DNA of 64,000 nucleotides from Trypanosoma brucei. Lineage: Eukaryota. Positions 37,756 to 50,214 of the stretch are shown in pieces. Each line of letters begins with the position of its first letter. The first letter of the stretch is position 1. The DNA lies in contig CP000068.1 in the NCBI GenBank assembly GCA_000002445.1, positions 1,544,199 to 1,608,198 of the forward strand, read 5' to 3'. Both the position numbers and the translations under genes were made by a program. The notes below the pieces were generated by a model. It did no database searches, was not told the origin of the DNA, and saw only the letters and a list, made by a program, of their open reading frames with translations.

Positions 37756-38914
37756 TACGACGTTTACTAGTTTCTTCTTTTTAAAGGATGTGCGTTGAAG
37801 CTGAGGCGTTGGTTTTTTTTGTTACAGTTTGGTGGTATAGAAGATTGATATTTGGTGTTCACTGCCTTGCCGACTTTTTTGAGCAGCCAAAGCTAGAGAT
37901 ATTTTGTTTAAGGCTGAATCGGTAACGGTTATAAAATGGAAGTGCTTATCTTTTGTGCTCGTTTAGTAAGATTATGTTTCCGCCTTATAGAAGATGTATG
38001 TGAGCTTCTATGGGAAATCTCCATAAGTTAAAAACTAATTGAGCTTTTGGTATCTTTTTTGCATTTACAGCAGGCACGCATCCTTTGAACACTGGATTTA
38101 CAAAATTACGCTCAAAAACGACCTAAATATTGGTTTTAGCTATATTTTAACTCTTAATTCTAATATACGGCGCTCTATATCTGTAACTATTGCATCTTTC
38201 CTTCACATTCCCAATTCCCTGCCTGTCTACTTTTAAAAAACGTTAGATGGGTCTGTAAACGTAAAAAAATTGGAATTTATGATTGTCACTTTCTTCTATC
38301 AACTTTTTCCTCCTATGTTTTCCCTGAGCTTCGAAGCACAAGATAACACTGTTGCTTCTCGCACACGTGGCCCCTCTTTTCCTCTTTTTTTGGAGTGGTG
38401 ATACTGAGTTCCTCAGATTTTCGAAATTGGAAATTTCTGTGCAGACGTATGCTGCTAATCTTGGTCTGTCGGTTACCATTATATGATTTACGCTTGGTTT
38501 AAATTGCTTTATCGCCGGTCCGTATATCAACACGGATTTTTTTGCTATCGCCATTAATTTTCTTTACTTTATAGAAATAGTCTGCGGTTGCATCTGCGTG
38601 TATTATTGTTCACTCATTGCTGTTGCTAGCCGGGGGTTCGGTCAGCCGTCTACGCCTCAGTATTCGCCATGCACGCCGCGCTATATGCATTGCTTGTGCC
38701 GCTTCTATATGGTTCGTCGGTGTCTGGTTTTGTCTTGATACGTGTGGCGCCCCTTTTTGGCTGCCCTCGCTTGAAAATACGTATAAGCCAGTCGTTGCTG
38801 GCCAGCATCTTTTTCAACAATACACTTTTTGAATCCTTTCCTTCTATTATACTGCCGACACTGGTTGTACTCCTGTCGCTTGTCGCGTTCAAGCGACAAC
38901 AATCATCTTTGTAA

Positions 38915-39190
38915 CGTTTTAGTATACACACACTCACAACATTCTCCCATCATTATCATCATCATCATCATTACTGCTCTTATTATAATATTAGTATATG
39001 CACACTCACAACACTCTTCTATTATCATCATAATATTTATTACTGTTCTTATTATAATATTTGTATATACACACAGTCACAACACTCTTCTATTATTATT
39101 ATCATAATTATTATCATTACTTCTCTTATCATAATATTCGTATATACACACTCACAACACACTCTCCTATCATTATTATAATTATTACAC
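38915..39190 (-). repeat. 70-bp repeat array of ~4 units
   Basis: gtatacacacactcacaacattctcc... repeated with (att)n tracts. Confidence 0.9.
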
Positions 39191-39549
39191 CAATAATCAA
39201 CTTTAATACCAAATATGTTAATTTTACTTGAATTAAAAACTTTAAAATATGCATATTTCTTTCAAAAGTGTTAAAATAGGTCAAATTTTATAAATTTTTA
39301 TAAAATTCTTAAAAAGCTACCAAAGTCACAAAGCAACACCAATTAGAGCCAATTTCTTATCCAAATCAAAACAGGAACCTTTGCATTTTTCTTCTATCCA
39401 GCCGCAAACAGATTTCTCATCTGCTTTGACATTCTTGTTTTCTGCCTCACAAGCCTCTTTTTTCGTGTGATCGTAACACTTTTTACCAGTCTGGGTCCCT
39501 CCTGTTCCTGCTTGTGTTGCTTGTTGTGCTGCTGCTGTCGTATTCAATT
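39080..39549 (-). repeat. Segmental duplication copy B of 35952-36422
   Basis: See copy A. Confidence 0.9.
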
Positions 39550-40944
39550 TGCACTGGGGGCCATCTTTCGCGTCATCGCCCTCCCATTTGCAGTTACCAT
39601 TCTTTCTGCATTCTGTTGCTTTTTCTAGCTTTGCGCATTCTTTTTTTTAATGTCTGCTGTTTCTGCGCTGTTCTCTACTACCTTTTAGATTTGTTTGTGT
39701 GGTATGTCTAGTTCAGCGTTGTTGAGATTGTGGATTATGGCATACGAACTGTTGACTACCTGCTTCAGTTGATGAGTGAGCATCTTTGTCTGTTGACATG
39801 CTTCGTCGTAGATTTTAAATATGGTCCCTAGGGATTCTAGGTACTCAAGCCAGGGTATCTTGCCCGCCGCTATTTTGCCGCCGCTTACATAATTTGCATA
39901 TTTGACGCACACTCCGTTGGTGGCTGTTCCTTCGCAGTTTTTAGTTCCTGCGATTGCGCCTAGATAGCCGCCGGTGGAGTCGACTATTATTGGCTGTCTT
40001 ACCTGTCTCGCCAGATGGCGTAGGCTTTCGGCCTGTAGTACGGTGGCCGCTGGCTGCGGGCAGTGCTTTATGAGTTCGTTCCGTGCTGTGCTGCCTGATA
40101 TCGCACTGCCGCTAGTTCATGCATGGCCTAGAGTGACGCTGTGGTGGCAGGGGATGGCAGGGCTGCCTACACTGTCCTTCATGCACACGCACGTCAGCAC
40201 CGCCGCTATCGTCGTCGCTTTGTCGCCATCGCAGTCCGTTGCTCGTGTGTCCGATTTGCGTGTGAAAGCCGTCGCCGCTGTGAAGGTGGTCCCCGTGCTT
40301 TTATCGCCGTAAACGATTTTTCTTAGCTTCTCTGGGGCTTCGGTTATATCCTTGTCCTGCAGCCTCGGTTTTAGTGCATCGATCTGCTTTTTGAGCACGC
40401 CTGCCGTGTGCGCCGCTGACGTTTTGTGAACACGTGCCAGTTTTCTCGCTAAGCCCTCAAGCTTGTTGGCCTGCAGTTTTTTTATCCTTTCGGGTGTTGT
40501 AGCCATGTCGGAGAGCTTTTTTGCTGCTGCACTCCAGAGTGGCCAGTTTTTCGTCCACGTATCGTCTACGAGGTCTTCTGTTATGCCGGCTTTCTGAGCT
40601 ATTTCGGCTTTTGTGCTCTTTGGATTGCTGTCCCTTAAAATATTCCGCCATTTTTCGTTCGCCACAGATATGTTTAGGTCGACGATGCCAGTGATCTCGG
40701 TGTCGGCGTCGCTTTCGTAGTTAAGTGCCTTAGGTGGTGAACGGCCTAAGTTGACTAGGTCGCAGAGCGTGTCGAACAGTGCTGCAATGCCACCGTCCGC
40801 TATCGCGGCATTTACTGGTAAGAGCAGCCTCAATAGAATGCCAGTGTTAATAGCATTAGACGGTGCATCTTGCGCACAGTACGACTCACTTTTGTTGTGC
40901 CTATTCGCCTCTTGCTGTGCTTTTGCTTCAGTAGAACGAAACAA
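39326..40944 (-). pseudogene. VSG: Mosaic or chimeric VSG pseudogene. The last 73 codons plus 3'UTR are identical to the VSG at 36199, joined to a different N-terminal domain (ORFs 39685..39912 and 40117..40944) through frameshifts.
   Basis: ORF 39326..39547 is identical to the C-terminal 73 aa of ORF 36199..37755. The upstream ORFs encode the N-terminal domain (..LNISVANEKWRNIL.. CVCMKDS). Confidence 0.65.
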
Positions 40945-42119
40945 GTGCTGAATAATGGTTGGGAGTGGCAGTTGCTTCTATTTCGTCTGGATTTTTGAAG
41001 AACAAAATTTCCGAATCTGACCTGCAGTCTCGTGTGCTTCTGTGGTTATTCTTTTTATTCTTTTGTTGACTGTTGCTTGCTTTTGTCTTGTGTCAATCCG
41101 CTTGAATCTTTTTTTGCCTTCCTTACCAACCAGTGTTTTTAGTTTTTTTTTCCAAAACCCACGCCGCTTAAATTTATCGTTTTTTGCCATCACCGCGATT
41201 TAATTCGGTGTTTTTCCTTCGAATCACCTTGCATTTGGTGTTGACAGGTTGAGAAGGGTTAAGTCTTGAAGTTCTGTTGTGCTTTCAAGCGACGCCGGTG
41301 ACGCTTCTACTAGTCGCTTCAGTTCACAGCCGACGCGGTATTTCACTACGCTATCGCTGGAGGCTGTGAAGGCGGGCTGATTTACATTTATTATTGTTAT
41401 TAGCGTTCACTCAATTAAGTGAAACACGTTAGGTTCTTCCCTTATGACTGGAGCTTTATTGGAAAACTGAATTTTAAATTGATTGGTGCCGACGTTTATA
41501 TCCGCGTGGTTCTTGTTGCCTTCAAAGAAAATTATGAATTATTTAGCACTTTAATTTGGAGAAAGCAACCTAATAAGCCTTAGGTATCTATGCCTACCGT
41601 AATTGAGCCTTACGAGCGTGTGAAGTTAAATATAAATATTAATGAAAAGTATTCTGTTTGCCTAAGGTGCATTTCCACAAACACATTTTTTTAAAATGCT
41701 AAGGATCATTCGCTGAATGCAGCTCCTAGCAAAGCACATTAGAATTCACAAAAAATAAAAAAAACACAGGCATCACCATCTTTTAAGCAATAGTATATAT
41801 CTATTTTTGAGTAAAATGTGCACCATAATGTCCTCTTGTAGCATTACCACTTGTACCATCTGTGTGGTTGCGCATACTGCTGTTTCATTCTCTATTTTAT
41901 TTCCTTCTTTTCAACTTTCTTTCACCATTTATATCGACAAGGGAGTGGGTCTATTTGGCCTGCTCACTGGAATTTGTTTCCGTATCATTTTCCTCTCCAG
42001 TCTCTGTATCTCTGATGATGCTCATAGCCATGTTCGTCTTTAAAACTGCGTATATTTCATCTCCTTTTATTTCCTTCTTTTTTTGTTTCCTTAAAAAATA
42101 TTCCTTGTGTTCTGTTAAA

Positions 42120-42195
42120 TCCCTTTTACACACACACACACTCACACTCACAAAAATCCCCTAGCATTATTATTATTATTACTATTGTCATTAAC
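42120..42195 (-). repeat. 70-bp repeat (single; (ac)n-rich variant)
   Basis: cacacacacacactcacactcacaaaaatcccctagcattattattattattact. Confidence 0.6.
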
Positions 42196-42391
42196 TGTTA
42201 GATATAACCCTAACCATAATTAATATCCAATATAATAAATAAAACAAAGAAATTAGAAAGAATTTCAAAATATCGCTAATTTTTCATACCCTATCACCCT
42301 GCTTCTTGACACCTGTGCGCTAAACTCATATATATTTGAGGAAAATTGTATTTTTAAAAAATTTACCGAACTTGCACTTTTCTATCAAATA

Positions 42392-42407
42392 GTGTTAAAA
42401 TGAAACA
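42392..42407 (-). promoter_or_regulatory. VSG 3'UTR 16-mer variant (gtgttaaaatgaaaca)
   Basis: Position 3' of the VSG tail at ~42540. Confidence 0.45.
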
Positions 42408-42539
42408 AAATTTATACTTTTCACGAATTACATCAAGATATCGTATTTTATTTAATTTTATGAAGTTGAGAAATGATCCTTAAAATTGTAAAATGCTCTA
42501 TAAGTCACAAAAGCAGCAGAAATCAAAGCTAATTTCTTA

Positions 42540-44004
42540 TTTACAAGAAAAGTAGTATCTTTGCAAGTTTTACCGTCTAACATACACTTTGGGACTTTTC
42601 AATCATCGTTTTTAGCGTGTTTCGATCACTTTGAGTCAACTTTCTCTTGTTTGTTTGCTTCTGCAGCGGCTTCTTTTGTTATTGTGCACTTTTTGTCTTG
42701 GGATTTGCAGAAACAAAATGACAACTTGGAGTCTTGTTTCAAGAAGTTTCATTTTGATCCTCTATCGCGTTGCAAATTTGCTCTTGTGTTTTCGAGGCTC
42801 CTTTGTTAATTTGCTCTTATAATTCTGCAATTTTCCTTTTTAAAGCTTTGGTATTGATGTCCTGGTAGTATGCTAGTGTTGCCGTTAGGTCCTTCAGTGT
42901 TGAAAGTGATGTCAATGGAACTTTGTCCGTGCCTTTGGCATTGGGGTTGTGGACTTGTGCTGAGGCGAAAGCAGTGTTGTATTCTTTTGCCATTGCTCCT
43001 TTGTCTCCAAAGGCACCTCCGATCTCATCCTTTATGACGGCTTCCTCAGTTTGCCCTATTGTATCTTTCTTTTTAACTAGCATGGCATAGATTGTCCTGA
43101 AGTCAGCACTTTCTTTGAGCTGGTCGGCTGTCTCGAATTTGTAACTTGCCGGGGTGTACTTTGTTGTTAGGTAAGCGTCGTGTGCTGCTTTGAGCGTGGG
43201 TGCCGTCCCTTCGGCTGTGCTTAGGGATACCGTTGCCCGCCTTTGCATGCCGTCGTTGTGGATGTAGTACAGTCCTGAAGCGAAGGTCGGGCTCCCTTGT
43301 ATTGCGCTGTCGCCGTTGGCGCCGTCTAGTAGTCTTGAACTTGCTTTGGCTGCTGTTATTGCACACGTGTCCGACGTGGTGTCGGTGTTCGCGGCTACAT
43401 CTGCATCTTCTTGCAGCCCGCCGTCGTAGCCTGTTTGTGTGAAATGGTTTGTCGCCGTGTCAACCGTTGTTAGTGTGGCGGTTGAAATTTTACAGCCTTC
43501 TGAGTTGCCGGCAAAGGCCGTACTGTGAGGCCTGTGGCTATTGCTGCCTGTCTCTTTCTCTAAGCAACCGTCAGCTCCGCTCGTCGTTGATATTTGTGCC
43601 ATTGCGCCTATGAAATCCCTGATGGAGCCCTCAGCTCTGGCGGCATCTCTTATAGCTGATGCTAGCTTGCCTACTGCGGTCGAGGTTAGCTCGTTTGCTG
43701 CTACGTCCGCTTTGTATGCATAGTAGGCTAGGAGTGCCCTATCGGCTGCTGTATAGGTCCCGTTTCTGTAGGCTTCGGTATATATTGCTGTTCGAAAGTA
43801 CTGTTTTAAGTAGTCGTTTACCGTTGCCATAGGTGTCGCCAGTCTGTGGGCGGCTTTTTGTTCTACTTTGTCTAATTCGCTAGCCAGTTGGCATGCCGCT
43901 GTCCAACCATTTGCTTTGAGCCGTCCTCCAGCTCCTGCATCGCCCATTTGCAACGCCCAAAGCAGAATCACACTTATGATTGCTATTTGCTGACTTTGCT
44001 GCAT
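42540..44004 (-). pseudogene. VSG: VSG with an intact B-type N-terminal domain (395-aa ORF 42817..44004) and a CTD riddled with in-frame stops
   Basis: MQQSQQIAIISVILLWALQMGDAGAG signal peptide. The N-terminal ORF ends KRKIAEL*. Downstream frames give ..ICNAIEDQNETS*..SAQ*..KSQSVC*TVKLAKILLFL*. Confidence 0.7.
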
Positions 44005-45829
44005 GGGTGCACCACGCGTCCTGTGTTAGTGATTGAAACTTACGGTTGCTTATTTATTTATAAAAGAAGAGGAAAGCTGTTTGCGAAAAAGGATTGAGTC
44101 AAGTCGCGTCGGCGTCGGTTTTTTTTCCTGACACTCTTGCGGTGCTGATTAACTTTTCATGTGACCTTCCGGATTTCACTCCTCTGAAAGGTTAATAGAC
44201 CGCTTGAACCGCCGGTTAAAGTTTTTTACTCACCTTTGTTGGTTATTTTTCTCAAAATTACATTCAAAACAACCTTTGATTGCATTTTCTTCTCTCTATA
44301 TATCTCTCTCCTTAAAGCCTTAAAGTACTTCAATCTCTCACACTTCCAGGTCATGGCGTTGTGTGGATAAATTCTTCTGCCACTACGCTCTAAGCACTAC
44401 TTGAGTAACTACTGCAGCTGCTTTGGTTAACGACTGATGACTAAAGTTCAGTTGTTTCCAATTAGCTGCATTACTGTCCTCCTTTTGCAGTTCATGTGTT
44501 ATGGCTGGTACTAAACCTGAAGGTAGTTGTGCGCTGTGGATTTTTTGTTTTTTATTATTTTTGGATATATATGGTCTTGTTGTTGTTTGTGATAATGCTG
44601 CTTGACTTCTTTTTATATGACGCGTTCTTTTGTAGTGCAGAACCAATTGTTGGCAGGTCACAGCTAGCGTTGTAATTTAAAACCCCATGTTGCATCCGTA
44701 AATAAATTTCCAACACATATTCAACCCTCATCTATTAAATTCCCATCTATGCTCCATTATCTCATCCTGTTATTGCTCCGAATCATCGAAAACATTTTAT
44801 GTCTAAAATTTCAACTTTTATCGTTATTAGCCGTATCTATTTTCTACATTTTCATCTATGCTTGTTTTTTCTAGAATAACAAAGTACAGGCATGCTTTTT
44901 TATGGAAACAATTCCATGCCTGATTGTGGTGCGTATCGTGCTGCTCTGATGCCAAAAGAGGCTTAATGCCTGGAAAATTAAGGCTACAAAGTGCTTTAAA
45001 GCTGATTTTTGTTTTTTGTCCTGCTACATGCTGGTCAACCAACCACTTTTTATTAATTAATCGCTTATTCAAACGTTTTGATCTCTATCCAGTATACCGA
45101 TTTTGAATAAAGTAACATACCTATCGATTTTCTATACTTCATAGGCTTCCTTCATCTTTTCATATATTTGCTATTTAAAAAATCCTTATTTTTATTTTAA
45201 TTCTGCTGTCATGGATTATCCATTAGTATTCCTAGTTTTAAAATTCTTCTCCAAACAATAAAATGTTGTTTCCTACAACTGTTAGATATTGTTAATATAT
45301 ATGAAAAGATGTCCCCTATATTACGTCACCCTTACCCAATTCCTTCCCGTTTCCTCTTCTGAACATGAGGATAAGAAACCAAACTAAAAAGCATTTTCTG
45401 CAACCTTTCCTCCTGTATCTAACAATTATTTAGTGAAATATAGAACACAATCACCTCTCCCTCACCCTGCATCACTTTCTTCTGCTGCGTTTCGGATCAC
45501 ACCAAGTCACTTAAATCGGTATCTTTCGTCCCTTTTTAATTTTTCTACAACTGCTCCTGCGGATAACATGGCACTTTCATTTGGCTTTTACACTAGGCTC
45601 TGTGCGTCTGCCATTGTCCCCTAAATCATCTCCCTGAGTATGATTATATCGGTAGTCTTTTATCTTTTACAAGCACTTATATTCAAACATTCCTTTCTTT
45701 TTCTGCCTTTTTGGACCTCTTCAATAATAATCCTGATACTTCTCCACTTCTTTTAACTCACTCATTTGATCTTATCGCACACCTGCAGTTGTTTTTAATT
45801 CCTCTATTTTAATTTTTCCATTCTGTCTT

Positions 45830-46200
45830 ACTACTCTAATATGAGTATATACACACTCACCACACACTCCTATAATCATTATTATTATTACTATTATAAT
45901 TACTGCTCTTACTATAATATTCGTATATACACACTCACAATACTCTCCTACTATTATCATTATTATTATTATATTCGTATATACACACTCACAACACTCT
46001 CCTACTATTATCATTATTATTATTATATTCGTATATACACACTCACAACACTCTCCTACTATTATCATTATTATTATTATATTCGTATATACACACTCAC
46101 AACACTCTCCTACTATTATCATTATTATTATTATATTCGTATATACACACTCACAACACTCTCCTACTATTATTATTATTACTATTATTACTATTTTCAT
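45830..46200 (-). repeat. 70-bp repeat array of ~6 regular units (~58-75 bp period)
   Basis: attcgtatatacacactcacaacactctcctactattatcattattattatt, six times. Confidence 0.9.
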
Positions 46201-46365
46201 AGCTTTCATATATAAAATAAACAAAGTAAAACAAAATTGTAATATCACTTACTTGTCATACCTTCTGATCATACTGTTTTACAATATTCGGTCAAATTTA
46301 AGAAAATAAGTTTGTAAAACATTTCGAATTTCCAAAATTTGAACAGGTCGCAAAGGTTTCACAAA

Positions 46366-46381
46366 ATGTTAAAATATATCA
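46366..46381 (-). promoter_or_regulatory. VSG 3'UTR 16-mer (atgttaaaatatatca)
   Basis: Near-exact 16-mer. Confidence 0.75.
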
Positions 46382-46457
46382 AAATAAAAACTTTTCACAA
46401 TGTTTGTAAACTTAATAAAAAGAACAAAGTTCTTAAAATTCTAATATGCTACCAAAC

Positions 46458-47888
46458 CTATAAAAGCAGCAGAAAGGAAAGCAAATTTTCTATTGAAAAG
46501 AAAACAGGACTCCTCAAACTATTTACCATCCCGTTTTCAGCTATTGTTGCAGTCTTTTTGCTCTTTGCCTGCATACTTCTCTTTAGTTTCCCATCTGGTC
46601 CTTTTGTTTCTTTGTGCACTGCTTGCTTGCCTTCCTCACTCAAGGTGCACTTTCTCTTTGGTTCCTTTGCGTCGCCGTCCCACTTGCAAGGCGTTTTGCG
46701 TTCTGTATCTGTTTCTTTTTTATTGCACTCTTTTTCGACTTGTGTTTCTTGTTCACTTTTCTTTGCTGTATTTTTTAGCGCTGATGCGTGGCTTGGCGCA
46801 TCTCCTCCTAGTGCCGCCATGTAGGCGGCTAGTGCCGTCGTTTTTAGCGCCGTTGCTGTTGCTGCAAGGTGTGCGTTGTGCTGTGCTTCGCCGTTGGCTG
46901 TTTCTAGTTTGGTTATCGCGTTGTCGATAGCGGCTTGCCACTTTACGTCAAGTTTGCCTTCTGCCTCGATGTCTTTGTACAGTATGCAGTTGCCGTTGGC
47001 TGCACCATTGCACTGGGCTGTGCTGCCTGCGCCGAGTATGTTTTTTGCTGCCGTGGCCGATTTGGCGCCCGTCATGAAGTTTGCTAGAAAAAGCTGCTCG
47101 GCTTGGAGAAGTGTAGCTATGCCAGTCTTTCCTCTGCCCTGGTGAGGGCATTTGGTTGCTAGTTCCTCAAAAGCTGCTGCAGCTTCCGCCGTAGTGCCCA
47201 TCTTTACTGCATTTAGCGCCTTTCCTGTACAGTCGACCGAGTTTCCGTTGGCTTGGCTGCAAAGGCACACTAGGTCCGCCGCGAACGTCGTCCCGGCTGC
47301 GCTGGTGCTGGCGACACTGCCTCCGCATGCCGTGGCCCCGTTGTCGACAAACGCCGTTGGGCCGCTTTTATCTAGGGTTTTTGTCGGTCCATAAAGTGCT
47401 GTTTTGAGCTCGTCCTCTACGACTTTTTCTTTTATAGTTTGTTTTAACTGCTGCTTGAGCTTCTCTGTCAGTTTGAGCGTTCTGTTGATGACCTCTGACG
47501 CTCGCTGCCTGGCGAACGATGCTCGTGGCCGTTGCAGCTTCAGTCCGCTTATTTCTGTTGCTCCTGTTTTTATTTGGTTTTTAATCTCTTGCCATCGTTG
47601 TCTGTGGTTCCGATATTCTTCTGGCTTCTTGCTGTCGTCGTCTGCTGGATCGAATGATTGGTCGTAGAGACTGTCCTCAGCTGTCGACAGATTTAACTGT
47701 TGCAGTTCAGCGATTGCCTGTGTTATTAAGGCTTCACTGTTGTCGAGCGGGATATCTGGCTTTTCCTGCAGTGTTCGCAAGATAGTGCACATTGTAGTGA
47801 AGGCTTGCGCGTTGCCGTTAGCCTTCCCACTAACAAGCTCCTGGGGTGTCAGCCATAAAATTATGGCCGCTACCAAAATTGTCATCAC
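46458..47888 (-). CDS. VSG: VSG, apparently intact (476 aa; A-type)
   Basis: MMTILVAAIILWLTPQELVSGKANG...ALYGPTK..CLCSQ.. CTD CNKKETDTERKTPCKWDGDAKEPKRKC ... hydrophobic end LLSFLLLL. Confidence 0.8.
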   Translation of the reverse strand: MMTILVAAIILWLTPQELVSGKANGNAQAFTTMCTILRTLQEKPDIPLDNSEALITQAIAELQQLNLSTAEDSLYDQSFDPADDDSKKPEEYRNHRQRWQEIKNQIKTGATEISGLKLQRPRASFARQRASEVINRTLKLTEKLKQQLKQTIKEKVVEDELKTALYGPTKTLDKSGPTAFVDNGATACGGSVASTSAAGTTFAADLVCLCSQANGNSVDCTGKALNAVKMGTTAEAAAAFEELATKCPHQGRGKTGIATLLQAEQLFLANFMTGAKSATAAKNILGAGSTAQCNGAANGNCILYKDIEAEGKLDVKWQAAIDNAITKLETANGEAQHNAHLAATATALKTTALAAYMAALGGDAPSHASALKNTAKKSEQETQVEKECNKKETDTERKTPCKWDGDAKEPKRKCTLSEEGKQAVHKETKGPDGKLKRSMQAKSKKTATIAENGMVNSLRSPVFFSIENLLSFLLLL

Positions 47889-49784
47889 TTCTTTTAGATT
47901 GTTGAGGTGGTGCCGAAAGTGTGGAGATAAATTCCAGGACCCTCGTTATTGCCTGTGTTTCGCGTTGGCACACAGTGAATCTGGTTTCTTCCCTATTTAA
48001 ATTTTTAATTTTAGTTGCAGAGTTTGTTAGTTTTTACATTCTGTTGCTACTTCGAGAAGTGTAAACTTCAGGTTATATGTCTCGGCTGCTTTCAAATCGT
48101 TTGCAACTGGTTTCCCCGTCCTTCACTGGTATGCTTTTTGAGAGATCCACGTGACTGCGTGTTAACACGCAAAATAAAGCAAAACAAAGACTTTTCTTAA
48201 ACATTTGCAAGTGTAATCAAGTTCTATTTGGGTGGAATGCCGGTTGACACTAATGGCTCCGCACATGTGTGCTGCTTTCCTTAATTCCAGAGGGTTGTGT
48301 CCGTGGTCAACGTGCTCGCTGAGGTACAGTTGGTGCATTTTTGTTTGCCTGTCAATAAGTTTTTGTGTTTGGCTGCTGCTTACGTCGGACTTGCTGTTGC
48401 GGTTAGTTGCGCTTTCCTTCCTCTTCCGCTGAAGACAAAAATAGTCTATGGATATTTCTTTGCAGGTTTGATCAAGCCTCAGCTTCTTCAATTCTCGCTT
48501 AATCCTTTAAAATACTATTTTCGTTGCTACACTACTTGCTTTACTTCCTGTCCATGCAGCTAACGTTTGAGAGGTACTTTGAGGGCTATTTAGCTGTCAT
48601 TATTTTAAAAGGGAAAACACGATGTTTGGCTTCAACGTTTACACTATTAATTCCAATGTGTTTCACTGTAGATCTATATATATAACTTCTATTGTTGAGT
48701 AGGTCCGATTATGCCTTGCTTTAAAATAGAATTACTATTTATAGACTTTGTAATTAAAATCTTATGGTTTATACTGTGGTCTATTTTCCTGTACATTTTG
48801 CTTGTTGCTTTTTTGAGTCAGTAGTATTGTAACATCTGTACTTCGGCTTTCCAAGTCCTCCTAGTTTAAGTTCCTTTGGAACATGTATGTTTTCAGCTAG
48901 TTTACGCTACATATTTTCTAGTTTTTTGTACGCTTTAAAGGTTTGGCTGCTCCGATACTTTATATTAGTCATCAAATAAGTATAACCTTCGCTTCTAATA
49001 TTGAGAACTTGATTATTGTGCCTACTTAGTGTTTTTTACTTTTTCAATACGGAACCATTTGAGTTTCTGGTTAATTTCTTTACTTCATAACGTTCTGCTA
49101 GCGCTCATAGATATGCTGATTTAATAATTTTAACATTTTTATATTTAGTCTCCTGTCATAGATAACACATTATAATCCTTAGCACTAAAATGCTTCTTCC
49201 GATAGTATTATATTTTTGCTCACAAATATTATCCACTGTTACTAAATATTATTAGAATAAGACTTTCAATTATTTCAAATTACAAAATTCCTTCTTTCTT
49301 CTATTGCTCCTTTAAATTTAGATATTAGGATCCCCTATCAGATTTTAAATGGCAGTAGGTAGCATTTCTTATGCCGTGTATATCCTTTTCTGTATGAAAT
49401 ACGGGTATAATCGATTTCTGTTCTTCCTGATAATGTATTATTTTCTTTTGTGCTGCGCCAGCGCGTATTCCGTTTTTATTCTGTGTCTTCTTTTCTTCCC
49501 CTTCGTTTGCTTCCTCTAGAAGTGGCGCCAACTTGGCCAGTCACTTTGGCCTGTAAAATACTCAAACTCTTAAACATTGTCCTGTGCCAGCATCACCTTG
49601 TATATGATGATGTCCATCTATATATTTGTGCTTGAAACTGAGCATATTACATATTTCATATCTTTTTTACAGTATTTAAAATCACTCAACCTCTTCCACT
49701 CTCTCTTTTACCCACATAGAAATCACACATGCCATAGTTTTCAGTGCTTCTATTTATTTTTCAAAATTTCCTCTCAGCTGCCAC

Positions 49785-49828
49785 TCTTATTATAATATTC
49801 GTATATACACACACTTACAACACTCTCC

Positions 49829-49860
<32 letters not shown>

Positions 49861-49905
49861 CTGTTCTTATTATAATATTCGTATACACACACTCACAACA
49901 CTTTT
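49785..49905 (-). repeat. 70-bp repeats (~2 units)
   Basis: attcgtatatacacacacttacaacactctcctatcattatcattattatt. Confidence 0.85.
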
Positions 49906-50109
49906 ACATCAATATCATCGTTACTAATAATATTACTAATACAGCTCTAACCAATTTCAATGAAATACACATAATTAGAATAATAATCATTTTCATGCCA
50001 TATCCTTTAACTATCTTGCAGCCATATGCAACTTTCATGCGTATTTTACTAAATTATTAGATATTTTTTATTTTCTATTTTTAAAAAATTTACATATTTT
50101 TATCAGAAA

Positions 50110-50125
50110 GCGTTAAAACATATAA
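50110..50125 (-). promoter_or_regulatory. VSG 3'UTR 16-mer variant (gcgttaaaacatataa)
   Basis: Position 3' of the VSG tail at ~50215. Confidence 0.35.
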
Positions 50126-50214
50126 AAATTTAGAAAAGTTTTATAAAATTGATAAATATCATAAATTTGAGTAAAATATCCTTATAATGTTAAAATTATA
50201 CCGAACCTAAAAAA

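Noticed and set aside
40978-41193. 71-aa highly basic ORF (KKKLKTLVGKEGKKRFKR) just upstream of a VSG start
   Set aside because: It is short, low-complexity and has no recognisable domain. It is most likely a chance ORF in AT-rich intergenic sequence.
45830-46200. CRISPR-like appearance of regularly spaced direct repeats, also seen at 29035-29345, 35840-36060 and 38915-39190
   Set aside because: The units are the trypanosome 70-bp VSG repeats with variable (TAA)n tracts. There are no unique spacers and no cas genes, and the context is eukaryotic.
48162-48491. 109-aa ORF upstream of VSG 46458-47888, and the 92-aa ORF at 44383-44661
   Set aside because: They have no domain features or family resemblance, and they lie in co-transposed intergenic regions where short chance ORFs are frequent.
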